From Myxococcota bacterium (lineage in GTDB: Bacteria; Myxococcota; XYA12-FULL-58-9; JABJBS01), in the NCBI GenBank assembly GCA_036339465.1, contig JAYZAY010000067.1, forward strand, positions 32,001-96,000: a DNA stretch of 64,000 nucleotides, read 5' to 3'. The notes under the pieces were generated by a model, which worked only from the letters and a program-made list of their open reading frames with translations, searched no databases and was not told the origin of the DNA. Both the position numbers and the translations under genes were made by a program. Below, one piece after another: positions 62,018-64,000 of this stretch (position 1 is its first letter; each line of letters opens with the position of its first letter).

Positions 62018-62989
62018 CTAGACTTTTGGCGAATTTTCGGCCATTGCAGCTTCGCTGGCAGGATCAACAGAGAACCGATTTCGGCCTGAAGCCTTCGAAC
62101 AATACAAAGCTGCATCCGCTAATTTAATAAGACTAGCAAGACTCTCAATTTGCTGAACCGCACTACCCGGGTAGTATGTGGCCACACCGATACTCATCGT
62201 ACAAGATATGGTGATTTCACCATACTCAAACTCCGCCATCTCAACGGCCTTTCGGGTCCGCTCAGCTACAATCAATGCTCCCTCAAGCCCCGTATCTGGT
62301 AAAAGTATTGAAAATTCTTCACCACCGTACCTACCAGGAAGATCGTAAGGCCTCAGAGTATCCCTGAGTGTATCTGCCACCATGATCAAAGCATGATCCC
62401 CACCAACGTGGCCATAATCATCATTAAGTTTCTTGAAGTGGTCAAGATCCCCCATGAGATAACTTAGAGGAGAGTTAGTCCGTTTCGCACGCTCAAACTC
62501 TCGCTCAAAAACAGTCATGAAATGACGGCGATTCGGAAGTTTGGTGAGAGGGTCCTGTTGACTTAGCTCTTCAAGGCGATCGTTTTTTTCTCTTAACTCA
62601 TCCTGCAAAAGCTTAATTTTCATATGAATATTGAGCCGAGCAGCCAATTCTTCCGGATGAAAAGGTTTCGTCAAATAATCGGAAGCACCTGCGGTAAGAG
62701 TCTTAACCTTGGTCTCAAGGTCATCCTGAGCCGTAAGCATAATAACGGGAATCTCTTGAAACTCGGGCTTCGATTTCTTCAAACTCAGAAACTTAAAACC
62801 ATCACAACCCGGCATAACCACGTCACAGAGAATAAGGTCTACCTTTTCATGCACTAGAACCTTAAAGCCAGCCATCCCATCACTGCTCATCAGATAACGG
62901 TCAAAAATCTCCGTTTCTTCAACAGCCTTCTTGACGTTAAGCCGCACCGTTTCTGAGTCGTCTATGATTAAAATAGTAGTTTCAGTCAC
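62018..62989 (-). CDS. Response-regulator diguanylate cyclase (REC + GGDEF, WspR/PleD-like)
   Basis: ILIIDDS, LILCDVVMPG, YLTKPF; DPLTKLPNRR, DLDHFKKLND, I-site RPYD, GGEEF. Confidence 0.95.
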   Translation of the reverse strand: MTETTILIIDDSETVRLNVKKAVEETEIFDRYLMSSDGMAGFKVLVHEKVDLILCDVVMPGCDGFKFLSLKKSKPEFQEIPVIMLTAQDDLETKVKTLTAGASDYLTKPFHPEELAARLNIHMKIKLLQDELREKNDRLEELSQQDPLTKLPNRRHFMTVFEREFERAKRTNSPLSYLMGDLDHFKKLNDDYGHVGGDHALIMVADTLRDTLRPYDLPGRYGGEEFSILLPDTGLEGALIVAERTRKAVEMAEFEYGEITISCTMSIGVATYYPGSAVQQIESLASLIKLADAALYCSKASGRNRFSVDPASEAAMAENSPKV

Positions 62990-63107
62990 AAAATCCTACT
63001 CTGCTATTCCTCTAAGCTTCGCACAATACCCAAGGCTGTACCCACAAATATTTTATTAAATATTTCATCATTTATGTTTACCTACGCCTCATTCCTCAAA
63101 CTGCCTC

Positions 63108-63137
63108 TTGACAATATCCTGCCTGTTTCAGTATAGG
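63108..63137 (+). promoter_or_regulatory. Sigma70-like promoter for tRNA-fMet
   Basis: TTGACA (63108-63113), 18-bp spacer, TATAGG (63132-63137), 13 nt before the tRNA. Confidence 0.6.
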
Positions 63138-63150
63138 TTGCTCTCAATGG

Positions 63151-63227
<77 letters not shown>

Positions 63228-63302
63228 TTTGACGATACATCACCTTCCTTCAATAATATCGTTCTTCCCATTTAAGTTGTTCTCCTTCGGTTTTAAATGA
63301 AA

Positions 63303-64000
63303 CTAGGCCGAAAATTTAACAATTTCACCGCTTAGCTCGTCAGTTTGGGTCTGTAGGGATAGAATCGCCTGATCTAATTCCCGAACAGATGCGTCTTGAT
63401 CTTCACATACCTCATGAATGAGCTGCACTGCTTGTAAAACATTCTCCGAAGATCGAGTTTGTTTCTGCTGGGCCGTGCACAATTGACCAACCATTTCGTT
63501 GATTTCTTCGATTGCCTGAATCACCTGCTTTGAGCCCTGAGATTGTTCTGTGCTTGAGCGGTGAACCAACTCGGTCAGTGCGTTCATTCTTCTCGTGCCT
63601 TCCTTAATTTCACGCGCCCCATCCGCTTGCTCAATTGAAACCCTAGTGATTTGCTTGGCAGTCATCGAGACTCGCTGGATAGAAGCTGCAATAAGTTTTG
63701 TTTGCTGCGCCTGCTTTTTCGTCGAAACTGCAATGTCTTGAACCATCTTTTGACTGGAATCTGTCGAATGTAAAATCCTTTCAAAAGCTTCATCAGCCTC
63801 GCGACCAAGCTTAACCCCTTGGTCGACATTCTCTATCCCTCTCTCCATCGCACTAATCGCATGTAGAGACTCTTGCTGAATCTTATCAATAAGACGAGCA
63901 ATCTCTGCGGTCGCAATTCTCGTCCTTTCTGCTAGATTCTTAATTTCGTCTGCAACCACTCCAAAGCCCTTACCATATTCCCCCGCCTGCGAAGCAATAA
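63303..64000 (-). CDS. Methyl-accepting chemotaxis protein (C-terminal part; 5' end outside window)
   Basis: Frame open to the window edge: IASQAGEYGKGFGVVADEIKNLAERT hairpin-tip motif followed by heptad coiled coil. Confidence 0.93.
   Translation of the reverse strand, partial: IASQAGEYGKGFGVVADEIKNLAERTRIATAEIARLIDKIQQESLHAISAMERGIENVDQGVKLGREADEAFERILHSTDSSQKMVQDIAVSTKKQAQQTKLIAASIQRVSMTAKQITRVSIEQADGAREIKEGTRRMNALTELVHRSSTEQSQGSKQVIQAIEEINEMVGQLCTAQQKQTRSSENVLQAVQLIHEVCEDQDASVRELDQAILSLQTQTDELSGEIVKFSA

Overview
Bacterial chromosomal window (genetic code 11). The gene content (giant TPR proteins, PrkA/DUF444, fused 2-oxoacid dehydrogenase E1, MCP) suggests a Myxococcota/deltaproteobacterial-type diderm; this taxonomy is inference. 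Most of it is housekeeping: lptFG, ftsEX-envC-ctpA, mscS, aceBA with a divergent RamB/ScfR regulator, maeB, rpsO-pnp, rsmB, mltD, rimO, tRNA-Leu(TAG), initiator tRNA-Met, a REC-GGDEF cyclase and a partial MCP. Three things stand out. (1) A tightly overlapping three-gene envelope operon at 191-11656: an AsmA/YdbH-like bridge protein, a DUF1318/YdbL-like lipoprotein, and a ~2480-aa predicted lipoprotein with a TolB-like propeller, TPR arrays, a degenerate internal CHAT-like domain and a C-terminal caspase-like CHAT protease with intact His/Cys. This is the best candidate for an undescribed system. (2) A 4192-codon giant TPR gene interrupted by one in-frame TGA at 50536-50538. (3) Several long spacers hide decayed genes that the ORF track misses: trkA-trkH, a GT2 plus a possible GT-C glycosyltransferase, and a histidine kinase. 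No CRISPR array, rRNA, integrase or transposase was seen. All family calls come from manual motif recognition, not database searches.
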